A DNA stretch of 64,000 nt from Octopus sinensis. Taxonomy: Eukaryota. The DNA lies in the NCBI RefSeq assembly GCF_006345805.1, contig NC_043004.1, positions 70,122,001 through 70,186,000 of the forward strand, read 5' to 3'. The notes under the pieces are model-generated. The model had not been told where the DNA came from, did no database searches, and worked only from the letters and a program-made list of their open reading frames with translations. The translations under genes were made by a program, and so were the position numbers. Shown here piece after piece: positions 36,938 through 50,542 of the stretch; the first letter of the stretch is position 1; every line of letters starts with the position of its first letter.

Positions 36938-37761
36938 GGGGAGACGAGAGAAACGCGACTGATCGACTCAACTGTCAGACGAAAAACGGAAATGGACCCC
37001 ATTCAGTTGAATATTTTTTGCACGACGTCTATTTCTGTCTGTCTGTATGTATGTCTGTATGTCTGTCTCTGTCTCTTCCTCTCTCTCCGTTGCTTTCTGT
37101 CTCTCTGTCTTTCACCGTTTTTTCTCTCTCCTCTCACTGCCATTCTCATCACTTTTATCCATGGACCCTTTCACCGTTACTTTAAAGACCATAAAGATTG
37201 TCAAAAGTTTATAGAAAACCATGAAATACAAAATTTGTTTTCAAACGGACTTTTTCTATAGCTTTCACTTCTTGAGACGGTACTGAATGGCTTTTTCTGT
37301 TGAGAGGGAACATTTTTGTAAGCTATATTTTTTGTTATTTGATAAAAGACAGAAGTAAGTTACAAACTATACGTGTGTTTATTGGTTACATGACGCACCC
37401 AAAGTACAACAATTGGTAGTTTGTCATTGCTCTGTTAACCTTTTCATCAAATCCCGTAGTTGACAGTTTCAATTGAAACCTGATTATGTCAACGTCCTGA
37501 TTTCGACAGACACACAAAAACTAGAACTGCCTCAATTTAAGTTAATATTTCAGCCGGCCTCTTCTACGGCCATGGGAAGTTTAATGTCGATACTGATACC
37601 CCCCCCCCCACACATACACACACACACATACATACACGCACACACACACATACATGACACATACAAGACACATAATGCATACTTTTATATATATACGTAT
37701 ATATGTGCGTGTGTTGTATACGTACATATGCATACGGCACACACAGAGAGACATACACATG

Positions 37762-37834
<73 letters not shown>

Positions 37835-37955
37835 GTATATATATATAATATATATATATATACACACATACATATTTATATACACATTTATCTATATATG
37901 CATACATACACGCCACACCACATACATATTAATACATAGATATTATATATAGTAT

Positions 37956-38004
<49 letters not shown>

Positions 38005-38007
<3 letters not shown>

Positions 38008-38728
38008 GATGTGTAGTGAATAAACTGTCGTCTAAATTAGGCAAAAATGAAAATAACAGACATCTCCTTTTAACATATATTTACCAAAATTATATAAAAA
38101 TATCTTGAAATACTAAAGAATAAATTTATTCAATAAGATCACCATTGGTTTCAACCACGGCCACCAGGCGACTCTGGAATTTTCTCCTCATCTTCTTAGT
38201 AGTCTCCTTGTTTAAGTTGATGAATATTGCCATAATCCTTGCCTTCAGTTCATCTTTGGTGTTACAAAGAGTTTTATTGGTCTTTTCTCTCAACTGCGCC
38301 CCCCCCTAATAATCAAGGGGGTTGCAGTTTGGGGAGTGAGGTGGCCAGATGTTAGGAGTGATGTGGTCGCTGAAATTGTCTGACAGCCATGACTGAGTTC
38401 TCCTGCTTGTGTGACATGGTGTAGAATCTTGTTACCAGACATAAGGTCTTGCAATAGCCACTCCCTTGATTCAGGGCAGCATTACCGCCTCTAAGCACTT
38501 GATGTTGGCTTCCGTGTTGAGTCTGAGGCCTTGTGGGAAGACGAATGGAAGCATAAAGTCATCATCATCAGTGATCACTCCAGACATCATGATATTGACT
38601 GGTTGTTTGATTTTCATCACCCTCGGTACGTGTTTTGGGGACACAGCAAGCCAACAGATGTTCTGTGTGTTCATCATCTGATCTTGGCAGAATTTTTTCT
38701 CGTCTGAGAAAAACTGGGTGTTTTTCTT
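38005..38728 (-). mobile_element. 3' half of a maT-like (DD37D) transposon
   Basis: FFSDEKKFCQDQ, QDSTPCHTS and IWPPHSPNCNPLDY. One TIR-like CAGGATGTG end after TA. Confidence 0.8.
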
Positions 38729-40050
38729 TGTATGTATGTATGCATGTATGTATGTATGTATGTATGTATGTATGTATGTATGTATGTATGTATGTATGTA
38801 TGTATGTATGTATGTATGTATGCATGCATGCATGTATGTATGCGTGTATGTATATGTGCAGATTTGTATGTTTTATGTATATATTCTCATGCATATAGTT
38901 GTATATCTAGACATGCTCATATATATTTAAATGATAAACTTCTGGAAAGTTTTACAGATTTTTACAGTTCCAAGGATGGATTGGATCTGTAGTCATCTGT
39001 AGTCATCGAATATGTGTTACATATCCCAGGGCCCCAATAATTACAGGTATGAACTTTTAATCTGGATAGAGTAACTGTAGATTTCTGTTTGTTAACTCCA
39101 CAAAGTCTGCATCGGTTGTCACATTTTACGGCTTTTCCTGCATCTCTATCCCTTTTGTGCATCAGGTGCTTGGTTGATATGTATGTATGTATGTATGTAT
39201 GTCTGAATGTATGTATGTATGTACGTATGTATGTATGTATGTATGTATGTATGTATGTATGTATGTATGTATGTATGTATGTATGTATGTCTGAATGTAT
39301 GTATGTATGAATGTATGTATGTATGTATGTACGTATGTATGTATGTATGTATGTATGTCTGAATGTATGTATGTATGAATGTATGTATGTATGTATGTAT
39401 GTATCGCTGTGTATGTATGACTGAATGTATGTATGACTGAATGTATGTATGTATGTATGTACGTATGTATGTATGTATGTATGTATGTATGTATGTATGT
39501 ATGTATGTATGTATGTATGTGTGTATGTGTGTATGTGTGTATGTATGTATGTATGTATGTATGTATGTATGTATGTATGTATGTGTGTATGTATGTACGT
39601 ATGTATGTATGTATGTATGTATGTATGTATGTATGTATGTATGTATGTGTGTATGTATGTACGTATGTATGTATGTATGTATGTATGTATGTATGTATGT
39701 ATGTATGTATGTGTGTATGTGTGTATGTACGTATGTATGTATGTATGTATGTATGTATGCATGTATGTATGTATGTATGTAGGTATGTGTGTGTATGTAT
39801 GTATGTATGTATGTATGTATGTATGTATGTATGTGTATGTTATGTATGTATGTATGTATGTATGTATGTATGTATGTATGTATGTATGTATGTATGTATG
39901 TATGTTATGTATGTATGTATGTTATGTATGTATGTATGTATGTATGTATGTATGTATGTATGTATGTATGTATGTTTGTATGTATGTATGTATGTTATGT
40001 ATGTATGTATGTATGTATGTATGTATGTATGTATGTATGTATGTATGTGT
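38729..40050. repeat. (TATG)n tetranucleotide tracts (38729-38850 and ~39180-40050)
   Basis: Read directly. Confidence 0.95.
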
Positions 40051-40341
40051 GTAAGCATTTATGTTTCTTGCTTTTCTTTTCTCTGTCTCTGTCTCCGAAT
40101 ATACATACAATTGTGTCTGAGTGTCTGTGTATATGTATGCTTGTATGTACATAAATATGCACATGCACAATGTGTGTGTATATATATACACACACACATA
40201 TATATACATACATATATATATATATACACATATATATATATACATGAATATATATACACACATATATATATGTATATATATGTGTATATATATGTGTATA
40301 TATATATATATATACTTTATTTTAAGCAGCAGAAAATTCAA

Positions 40342-40391
40342 CAAAATCTGTTACTCTGAGTTTCTCGTTGCCGTTCATCAGACAGTTTTTG
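40342..40391 (-). ncRNA. Identical hammerhead motif on the opposite strand
   Basis: Exact reverse complement of 40626-40675 (TCATCAG at 40375-40381). Confidence 0.7.
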
Positions 40392-40625
40392 CTAGAATGG
40401 AACTTATATATTAATTCAATCTATACTCTTACAAACGCTAACCTTTAAAAAGAAATGGACTTGTTTGATTGGCCCTTTAGAAAAAACGGTATTTTTTGAC
40501 CTTTTTGTTTATCGCTCGAAGATTGACCGTTTTTTCTAAAGGGCCAATCAAACAAGTCCATTTCTTTTTAAAGGTGTGGCGTTTGTAAGAGTATAGATTG
40601 AATTAATATATAAGTTCCATTCTAC

Positions 40626-40675
40626 CAAAAACTGTCTGATGAACGGCAACGAGAAACTCAGAGTAACAGATTTTG
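40626..40675 (+). ncRNA. Type I minimal hammerhead ribozyme (probably dimer-type)
   Basis: CTGATGA at 40636-40642 and GAAA at 40653-40656. Stem I CAAAA-A-CUGU/ACAG-A-UUUUG, stem II CG-GCAA-CG (A.A at its base), stem III ACUC-A-GAGU. Predicted GUA cleavage after 40665. Confidence 0.7.
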
Positions 40676-40784
40676 TTGAATTTTCTGCTGCTTAAAATAA
40701 AGCATATTACTCTACCACTGGTATTTGAGTACTCTTTTTTCCACCTTGTTTCACATTATGTGTTACTCCGGTATAATATATATA

Positions 40785-40852
<68 letters not shown>

Positions 40853-40862
40853 ATATATATAT

Positions 40863-40922
<60 letters not shown>

Positions 40923-41248
40923 GATATATATATATATATACATACGTACACGCAGATACACCTATGTATATATAGTATATATATATATATTATATATATA
41001 TATATATATACATACACATAGACAAATATACACTGAGACAACTAACCAACCCGTTTTCCATGCACATGCTATATTCCTCACTAATGTCATTGACACTTTG
41101 CCAAAATCACGAAATATTTTCAATGCAGTAATTCTTTACATGCAGCTCAAGGAAAACTAATTTCAACTTCCTCAGTTTCCTACCTACCTACCTACCTACA
41201 TATATGTATACATATCTATATCTATAATTATATTTATATGTATGTATA

Positions 41249-41682
41249 TAGGAGTGGCTGTGTGGTAAGTAGCTTGCTAACCAACCACATGGTTCCGGGT
41301 TCAGTCCCACTGCGTGGTACCTTGGGCAAGTGTCTTCTGCTATAGCCTCGGGCCGACCAATGCCTTGTGAGTGGATTTGGTAGACGGAAACTGAAAGAAG
41401 CCTATCGTATATATTTATATATATATATGTATGTGTGTTTGTTTGTGTGTCTGTGTTTGTTTGTGTGTGTGTGTTTGTCCCCCTAGCATTGCTTGACAAC
41501 CGATGCTGGTGTGTTTACGTCCCCGTCACTTAGCGGTTCGGTAAAAAGAGACCGATAGAATAAGTACTGGGCTTACAAAAAAAGAATAAGTCCCGGGGTC
41601 GAGTTGCTCGACTAAAGGCGGTGCTCCAGCATGGTCGCAGTCAAATGACTGAAACAAGTAAAAGAGTAAAAGAGTAAAGAGT
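41249..41682 (+). mobile_element. SINE family A, full length
   Basis: Complete head, core and tail. Confidence 0.9.
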
Positions 41683-41784
41683 AATATATGTATATATATC
41701 TGTATATGCATATATATATACATACATATGTGTGAAAATATTCATATACCTATATATATGCAAGCATGTAGCCATTTGTTTGTA

Positions 41785-41859
<75 letters not shown>

Positions 41860-41891
41860 AATCCATCTCCATCCATCCATCTATTCCATCC

Positions 41892-41922
<31 letters not shown>

Positions 41923-41938
41923 ATCTATCTATCTATCT

Positions 41939-41972
<34 letters not shown>

Positions 41973-42010
41973 CATCATCCATCATCTATCTATCATCCAT
42001 CCATCTATCG

Positions 42011-42042
<32 letters not shown>

Positions 42043-42080
42043 CTATCTATTCTATCTATCTATCTATCGATATACTATCT

Positions 42081-43439
42081 ACCTTGTCCCGACCCTACCA
42101 TCACCAAACTACAACGCATTCTCCTTCGCTTCTTGTGGAAAGGATGCGTCCCGATGGTCAGGCGATCCATTTGCTGTCAACACCCGTTAAAAGGAGGGCT
42201 GGGCATGCCGTGGTTGATGATGCGCAGATACGCGCTGAGACTGCGACATCTCTGGCTCTATGTAGACGACGGTGAACAGGTGGTGTGGTCGCCGTTTGTG
42301 AGGCACGCTTTCCCGCAGCTCGTCTCCATGACCGAACTGCAGTCGTGGATCAAAAGAGGCCGAGGAAGGGCGAATGGCACCGCGAGTGTCGCGTTGCTCT
42401 CAAGCAACTCTGCCGTCCGGGGTCGACCTTAAGTGACTTCAACACAACCAAAGCATTCTATAGGGTTTAGTGGAGGGGAGGTACGACGACGAGCTCGGGG
42501 CGAACCTGGACGTCGACGAGGAGTACCATGACCCGCCTGTTGGAGGACCTTCGGGCCAGGGCCCATGGACAACTTCCAGAGATCCCTGGCCTGGCAGTGC
42601 TACCGAGAAGCGCTACCGTTCGGGATAAGCTCTACAGACACGGCTCGAGAAACACGGGGGCCGACCTGCCCGAGATGCGGTCAGAGCGACGAAAACGTTC
42701 TGCACGCACGCATCGTCAGTGTCCAACAATTTCCGACCTGGGGCTTATGTCGAACAACTGCTGTCACGTGTGGGACGAGTCGGTTTATCAGCTGAGTCTA
42801 TCGTCAATATTGTCACGCCTCCTTCCTTCAAACGGGAAGGAAGAGCTATTTTCATCATCCTTGTGGCTATGGCGAAAGAATGTATCTGGTGGACGCGTCT
42901 GAAAGGATTGGAGACAAACACTTTCCTCTCTGGTCAATCTCTCATCAACTTCTTCAAGTACCACTTAAAAGGAAGTGAGAGAGAGAGGCAAGTTTTGTCT
43001 AGCGAATGTTTAAAAAAAGATGGGTGAATGTAGCAAGAATGGCCCGTATGAATGACGAAGCCACCTTGAGCATGATCCTATGAACCCAGAATTGAAAACA
43101 GATTTGCTTTTTGCAAAAAAAAAAAAAAAAAAGAAATATAAAATGTGACTTCATTGACCGAGGGTACCGTGGTCTTTTCCGTAGGCTTTCTTTCACGGGT
43201 AAACCTCACCTGTCCTCCCCTTTACATCATATTGACATTTCTGTGATAACGATCCCTATTGATCAATTTTTTTTTCCTCCCCCCTTTTTTAAACCCCCCT
43301 TTTTTTGTCCTCTTTCTCCTTTTACGATCCTTTTGATCGAAACTCCCCTTCCTTTTTTTTTTTTTTAAACCTTCAAAAGAAAAGCTCTACCTGTAATTTG
43401 TTCTATTGTGTGCAGCCTGTGTGGCTAATAAAGAAACAT
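42081..43439 (+). mobile_element. 5'-truncated L1/Tx1-clade retrotransposon, copy 1 (ORF2 C-terminus with zf-RVT, 3' UTR)
   Basis: [31 protein letters not shown] (zf-RVT). Ends AATAAAGAAACAT|ATCTATCT and has (CTAT)n on both sides. Confidence 0.9.
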
Positions 43440-43462
43440 ATCTATCTATCTATCTATCTATG

Positions 43463-43514
<52 letters not shown>

Positions 43515-43640
43515 CATCCATCCATCCATCTATCTATCCATCCATCCATCCATCCATCTATCCATCCATCCATCCATCCATCTATCTATCTATCCATCCA
43601 TCCAACCATCTATCTATCTATCTATCTGTCTATCTATCTA

Positions 43641-43700
<60 letters not shown>

Positions 43701-43733
43701 TCTATCTATTCTATCTATCTATCCATCTATCTA

Positions 43734-43823
<90 letters not shown>

Positions 43824-43824
<1 letters not shown>

Positions 43825-45139
43825 GGAAAGGATGCGTCCCGATGGTCAGGCGATCCATTTGCTGTCAACACCCGTTAAAAGGAGGGCTGGGCATGCCGTG
43901 GTTGATGATGCGCAGACACGCGCTGAGACTGCGACATCTCTGGCTCTATGTAGACGACGGTGAACAGGTGTGGTCGCCGTTTGTGAGGCACGCTTTCCCG
44001 CAGCTCGTCTCCATGACCGAACTGCAGTCGTGGATCAAAAGAGGCCGAAGAGTGCGAATGGCACGCGAGTGTCGCGTTGCTCTCAAGCAACTCTGCCGTC
44101 CTGGGTCGACCTTGAGTGACTTCAACACAACCAAAGCATTCTATAGGGGTTTAGTGGGAGGGGAGGTACGACGACGAGCTCGGGGCGAACCTGGACGTCG
44201 ACGAGGAGTACCTGACCCGCCTGTTCAGGAGGACCTTCGGGCCAGGGCCCATGGACAACTTCCAGAGATCCCTGGCCTGGCAGTGCTACCGAGAAGCGCT
44301 ACCCGTTCGGGATAAGCTCTACGACACGGCTCGAGAAACACGGGGCCGACCTGCACCGAGATGCGGTCAGAGCGACGAAACCGTTCTGCACGCACTCGTT
44401 CAGTGTCCAACAATTTCCGACCTGTGGCTTGTGTCGAACAACTGCTGTCACGTGTGGGACGAGTCGGTTTATCAGCTGAGTCTATCGTCAATATTGTCAC
44501 GCCTCCCTCCTTCAAACGGGAAGGAAGAGCTATTTCATCATCCTTGTGGGCTATGGCGAAAGAATGTATCTGGTGGACGCGTCTGAAAGGATTGGAGACA
44601 AACACTTTCCTCTTGGTCAATCTCTCATCAACTTCTTCAAGTACCACTTGAAAAGGAAAGTGAGAGTAGAGAGGCAAGTTTTGTCTAGCGAATGTTTTAA
44701 AAAAAGATGGGTGAATGTAGCAAGAATGGCACGTATGAATGACGAAGCCACCTTGAGCATGATCCTATGAACCCAGAAATTGAAAACAGAGAGTTGCTTA
44801 TTTGCAAAAAAAAAAAAAAAAAAAATAACATGTGACTCCATTGACCGAGGTTACCGTGGTCTTTTCCGTAGGCTTTTTTTCCACGGGTAAACCTCACCTG
44901 TCCTCCCCTTTACACTTCATATTGACATTTCTGTGATAACGATCCCTATTGATCAATTTTTTTTCCTCTTCCCCTTTTTTTTTAACCCCCCTTTTTTTTG
45001 TCCTCTTTCTCTCCTTTTACGATCCCTTTTGATCGAAACTCCCCCTCCTTTTTTTTTTTTTTTAACCCCTTCAAAGAAAAGCTCTACCTTGTAATTTGTT
45101 CTATCTGTGTGCAGCCCTGTGTGGCTAATAAAGAAACAT
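43824..45139 (+). mobile_element. 5'-truncated L1/Tx1-clade retrotransposon, copy 2
   Basis: Near-identical to copy 1 with a 5' end ~55 bp shorter. Same 3' junction into (ATCT)n. Confidence 0.9.
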
Positions 45140-45158
45140 ATCTATCTATCTATCTATG

Positions 45159-45219
<61 letters not shown>

Positions 45220-45232
45220 GTCTGTCTGTCTA

Positions 45233-45264
<32 letters not shown>

Positions 45265-45272
45265 TCTATCTA

Positions 45273-45307
45273 CTGTGTGCAGCCCGGTGTGGCTAATAAA
45301 GAAACAT
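45273..45307 (+). mobile_element. 35-bp 3' tail of the same Tx1-like family
   Basis: CTGTGTGCAGCCCGGTGTGGCTAATAAAGAAACAT|ATCT, embedded in (CTAT)n. Confidence 0.8.
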
Positions 45308-45544
45308 ATCTATATCTTCTATCTCTCACAATGGACGGACGCTAGTCATATCGGCTCCACGTAAGTTGGCCACTTTTACATGTTTAAAACTCCTTGTTGT
45401 CAAATATTTTGTTTTAATCGTTGTGCAAGTTCATTCACTAAAAAACCTGAGAATTATTCACGTAGAATTCCGCCCCTGTATGGGCGAAATACAAAAAAAA
45501 CTTTCAAAACTTTCGTGGGTTTTTAGCCATTTTTCATTTTGAAA

Positions 45545-47530
45545 ATGGCAACTAGAAACCACGTGGCTAGCCCGCCAGTCATGCAGAACGGTAGCAAAAC
45601 ACTATTGCTACCACTAGCTGCTAAACATCGCAGCGTGAACACCGCTGTCACCACCATCACCACCACCACCAACAACAACAAATCTAACGTCGCATTCACC
45701 ATCGCCGCGACCAAGACATTAACTTAGATTCCCCTCACTCCCCACACCATTTGATGATAAAGGGACAGAGAAAGGGATTTCAAAAATGAATACAAACGAA
45801 AACATGAATGCCAGCACCACACCATCACACCACCAACAACAACGAAATTGGCACAAAGCCGCCTACCAAAAGACAACACCGCCAACACCACTACTACGAC
45901 GTCAAATGCTACATCCAAGCCTTCTACTGCTAATACCGCCAACACCAACACCACTACCGTGACTTCAATTAACACTGCCACATTAACACTTCTACTGCCA
46001 AATTCAAAACGAATTTTGCGGACGTAACAAAACAAAAAAGAACAATTGTAACATTCACACCACAAGAGATAAACCGCACAAAGGCACTCTTCTCCAAAGA
46101 AGGAGACAAATTGCACTCATCACATTCCACAAACACATCGTGGAAAACACACAAAAAAAAAAAACAATAATTTATAAAGTAATAAACAAAAAAACAAGAA
46201 GAACAGAAAATGCACCGCAGGAAAAAATCGAAAAAGCCTTCGTCCTGCATGGGACTCCAAGGAAATATCAGTTGGGGGAAACAAATTTGGTACAGTCCAA
46301 GTACGTTTCCTCAACGAAAGTTTAGCAAAACGTTTTCCCACATGGAGCTACATTCGGACGACTTGGTAATGATACCAGTCTATTTAAACAAAAGGGTCAC
46401 GAAAGTCCAAATAAAAAAACATACCATTTGATGTCGAAACACAATGGTTGGTCTCTGCCATCTGCTTTGAAATGTCAGAGACAAAAACATCCTGGAATCG
46501 CGGTTCTAGGAGAGAAAGACTATGTGGGCAAATCAATCGAATCCTGCTTCAATTGGATGAAGCAGCAAGAGAGAAGATACCCACCGCTATAGAACTGCCA
46601 GGAGGCTACAAACTCTATATAGTGGTAGAGGGCAGGCGACCACGCTGCTATTTGTGTGGAAGCGAAACACACTTGAAAAAGACGTGCCCAACCACTGCAC
46701 ACCAAGAGCAACAAACAACAACCACTACCACAACCAAAGCACTCGGAAAAAAAGCTCTACTACCACACACCATCACCACAGAAGACGACAAGAGAAGCAC
46801 ACCAAGCTAATCCGTCATCACCAAAAACCACTCAACACCCGAAAAAATACCACACACCAACAACAGCAAACCCAAAGGAACAGAAAACAAAGAAAACAAA
46901 GAAAACACACACAAACTGATCCCCCATCCCTTATACCGCACTCAACACACACAAACACTCAAAAAACAACAACAACGAAACAACACACACCACTTACACA
47001 GACATACATAGAAGCCCACAACATACCCCTACCCCCTTCTGATTCCTCAGAAATTTCGTCGGAAGACGAACTCAGTGAGGAATGGCAAATAGCTACAAAA
47101 GAAGGAAAATAAAGAGCAGAAAACACAACCAAACCAAATGCAAACACGAACAACAACAAAGCAGGGGGAAATACATCTCCCGAAGACATTTCAAAACCCA
47201 ACGCAAACAACAGCCACACCAACACCACAAAAAAAACATACAGCAAACATGCTCACAGCCATAGACACCCAAAACACAAATTTGATGGAATACATCCAAT
47301 CAAAAAACAAACATAACAGAGATGACATAAAAACAAACAATCACCCATACACAACACCACCAGACCACATCAAAATATTACACATCTCCAAAAGTCTGCA
47401 CCACACACTCAAAGGCATTTTCCCCAGTGCGGTTGGTAAATGCCAAAAATATCTCACAAAGAAACTGTACTGGGATCTTCTCGAGGACAAACCACGGAGG
47501 AGAAAGCAAAAACTTTCGAGAAGTAAGTAA
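45545..47530 (+). pseudogene. Tx1-like ORF1 (gag-like, CCHC zinc knuckle), frameshifted
   Basis: MATRNHV start, then VVEGRRPRCYLCGSETHLKKTC and Thr/Gln-rich linkers across several frames. Confidence 0.75.
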
Positions 47531-47557
47531 CCCTCTGTATTCTAATTCATTAGAACT

Positions 47558-48956
47558 ATGATCAAGATTGGTTGTGTAAATGCGCGTGGCTTGGGTCCCC
47601 TTGGAAACAGGGTACCTCTTAAATGACATAAAGTCACATAAGTTAGAAATCATAGCCATAAGCGAGACCAGACTCCACAATCGCGGGGCCCTAAAGACCA
47701 TGTTTGGCGGACAGTTCAACATTTATTTTTCCCCCTGCTGCGAGAATGGGCGGTAGTGGCACCGTGGTACTTTTCAACAAGAGTCTGGATCTCAAAGTAA
47801 GGACAATATTCGTAGACCCGGAGGGTAGACTGGTCGTCATGGATGTCGACGGCAGCAATGGGTGCGCTTTCGACTCGTATCAGTTTACGCACCGCCCTTA
47901 ACAGGTCGGCGTATTTCCTTCAACGTCTAGAAGTTTCTTGGGAACGTCTGTCCTTACTCTTAGTGGGGGATTGGAACGCTACCTTGGACACGCACGTAGA
48001 CTACGTGGGTAGAGATAGGAATAGACGGGGATGCAATGCCTCAGAGACCTGCTCAGATGCTTCAACTGTTGACAGGTTCCGACTAGACACCCGAATGCGC
48101 CAAAGTGGACATGGAGAACCGCATCGGGTCGTCGAGATCGTATCTAGATAGGATTACTGTGTAGGACAGTAGATAGAGATAGCATAGGATGTCCACAATT
48201 CCACATAGTCAGCTACACGGATCACAAACTTTGTGACATGTACGCTAGGACTTAGGTAAGGACACTTAGGCAGGGTCCGGATACTGGAAACTAAACGCGG
48301 TCTTTCCCATCGAGACAAGTTTTCAGAGACGGATTAGCACACTAGTAAAGAGGGCTTTGACGGGAGCCATCATCAACAACAAATGGTGTTTGCCCTCAAG
48401 AGAGCAGTAAAAGCAGAAGCGATTAGGTACAGCAAAGCACTAGCCATAGATAGAAATAGAGTAGAGGGGAGCTAGTTAAGAAGCTAGAAGAGGCAATTAG
48501 AAGCGGCATCGCATCCGACGTTTTGGCGGCGAGGTTGGCCTCGACCACACTTCAACGCCAAACACGAAGGATGTGCTGTCAGAGCTAGGATGCGTGCTCT
48601 AAGGAACGAAGGTGTTGGAGCCGCGAGAGAGGCCCGGGTGGCAGAGGCGCAACAGGGCAACAAAGCCACCATTCGGTCACTGGTAGATGAACAGGGGCGC
48701 GAATTGCTCGAGCCAAGTAAAATGTGTGAGGCCTTTCAGCAGCATTTTGCCTGACTGTTCGGAACGAGTGGAGGGCAAGAAGTAGGGTGGACTTCAGTGC
48801 CTACCTACATAGCCTACCACGACTCTCCACAAGAAAGGCAGGGTGCTGCGAAGGTGCCATCACGGCGGCGGAAGTGCGGGGGAAAGGATGGCAGAATGCT
48901 CGAGGGACAAATCACCGGGTTGGATGGTCTACCTACGAGATTTACAATTGTATGCC
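47558..48956 (+). pseudogene. Tx1-like ORF2 N-terminus (APE endonuclease to RT start), frameshifted
   Basis: APE motifs as listed for the element. Truncated at the N run. Confidence 0.85.
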
Positions 48957-49056
48957 NNNNNNNNNNNNNNNNNNNNNNNNNNNNNNNNNNNNNNNNNNNN
49001 NNNNNNNNNNNNNNNNNNNNNNNNNNNNNNNNNNNNNNNNNNNNNNNNNNNNNNNN
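48957..49056. other. Assembly gap (100 N)
   Basis: Run of 100 N. Confidence 1.
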
Positions 49057-49254
49057 ATAGATAGATAGATAGATAGATAGATGCACACATATATGCATAC
49101 ATTGACAATGAATACACACGCACACACATACATACACTTACGCACGCGCGCAATTATGTGGTTGTACTGAGATTACTAGGAGTATGGTTGGATGTATGCC
49201 TGTATGTACACACACACCATATCTATCTATATAAATGTATGTATATATAAACAC

Positions 49255-49368
49255 CTCTTGCGACGGACCGGCGTCCCGTCCGGGTGGGGGAACCGATACG
49301 CCAAGGAAACTGGGAAACCGGCCCTAATGAGCCAGCCGTGGCTTGAGAGGGAACAAGTAAAAAAAAAA
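49255..49368 (+). mobile_element. SINE fragment, possibly V-domain type
   Basis: TGCGACGGACCGGCGTCCCGTCC resembles the recalled V-SINE core GCGATGGACTGGCG.CC.GTCC. Not verified. Confidence 0.4.
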
Positions 49369-49677
49369 CATATATAAACACATATATACATATGTGCTTG
49401 TGTGTGTGTGTTGTATATATATATATATATATATACATACAAACACATATATGCATGTGTGTTTGTGTGTGTACACACACATATATATATTCATATACAT
49501 ATGTGTGTTTATACATAGACACACGCACACATATACATACACACACACACGCACATACATACATACATACATACATACATGCATACATGCTACATGCATA
49601 CATGCATACATACATACATACACACATACATAGTACTTTAGTGATTCTATAAAGAGAATTTCTAGGTGTATATATAT

Positions 49678-50103
49678 AGTGGCTGTGTGGTAAGTAACTT
49701 GCTTGCCAACCACATGGTTCTGGGTTCAGTCTCACTGCGTCGCACCTTGGGCAAGTGCCTTCTTCTATAGCCTCAGGGAAACAAAAAACTTGAGTGGATT
49801 TGGTAGACAGAAACTGAAAGAAGCCCTTCGTATATATATATATATATATGCATGCATGTATGTATGTATGTATGTATGTATGTGTGTGTGTGTATATGTT
49901 TGTGTGTCTGTGTTCTGCCAACATCGCTTGACAACCGATGCTGGTGTGTTTACGTCCCCGTAACTTAGCGGTTCGGCAACAGAGACCGATAGAATAAGTA
50001 CTAGGATTACAAAGAATAAGTCCTGGGGGCGATTTTCTCGACTAAAGGTGGTGCCCCTGCATGGCCGCAGTCAAATGACTGAAACAAGTAAAAGAGTAAA
50101 AGA
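49678..50103 (+). mobile_element. SINE family A, full length
   Basis: Complete family A sequence. Confidence 0.9.
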
Positions 50104-50479
50104 CTAATATATACATTTTTTTTTTTTTAGATCTCTGTTCTTTGCGGTGCCTTGAACAGATGTGGACGGCCAGATCTCACAACAGATGTCCGGATGAAAA
50201 ACGTGGTGTTTCAACAGCAAAAAGAACACAGGAGACAAGAAATGTCCGGAGAAACATATTCGTGACTGCTTATCAGCGTCCTTTACCAACATCTTCAAAC
50301 TGCAAGAGAAATAAAATTTAAAACATACAGATGTTTTCTTTAGTCCTGATATCGGGTCTCCGAAAACTGATTTCATGGGTCTGCTCTTATGTGCTTAGTG
50401 AATGAATGTTAACTTTATATTTATCCATTCCATTGTTTTTTTGATGATGATGATGATAATAATAATAATAATAATAATG

Positions 50480-50542
<63 letters not shown>

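Larger units (their letters stand above)
40315..40702. repeat. Near-perfect inverted repeat with ~176-bp arms and a 35-nt spacer, flanked by (AT)n
   Basis: 40315-40490 is the reverse complement of 40526-40702 with only a few mismatches. Confidence 0.95.
45325..48956 (+). mobile_element. 5' portion of a full-length L1/Tx1-clade retrotransposon (5' UTR, ORF1, ORF2 start), cut by an assembly gap
   Basis: ORF1 has the knuckle CYLCGSETHLKKTC. ORF2 has MIKIGCVNARGL, ISETRL, VDPEGRLVV, VGDWNA, DHKL, YWKLN and PGLDGLPYEIY. Confidence 0.9.

Noticed and set aside
38962-40359. 200-300 aa MYVC/HTYI ORFs
   Set aside because: Translations of (TATG)n.
42081-45139. Treating Tx1 copies 1 and 2 as certainly independent insertions
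   Set aside because: They have similar truncation points and differ mainly by indels, so a tandem or haplotype duplication cannot be excluded. The (ATCT)n junction argument also rests on the third tail and the full-length copy.
49057-49080. (ATAG)n after the gap as the 3' flank of the full-length Tx1
   Set aside because: It is in the opposite orientation to the other junctions and separated by an unsized gap.
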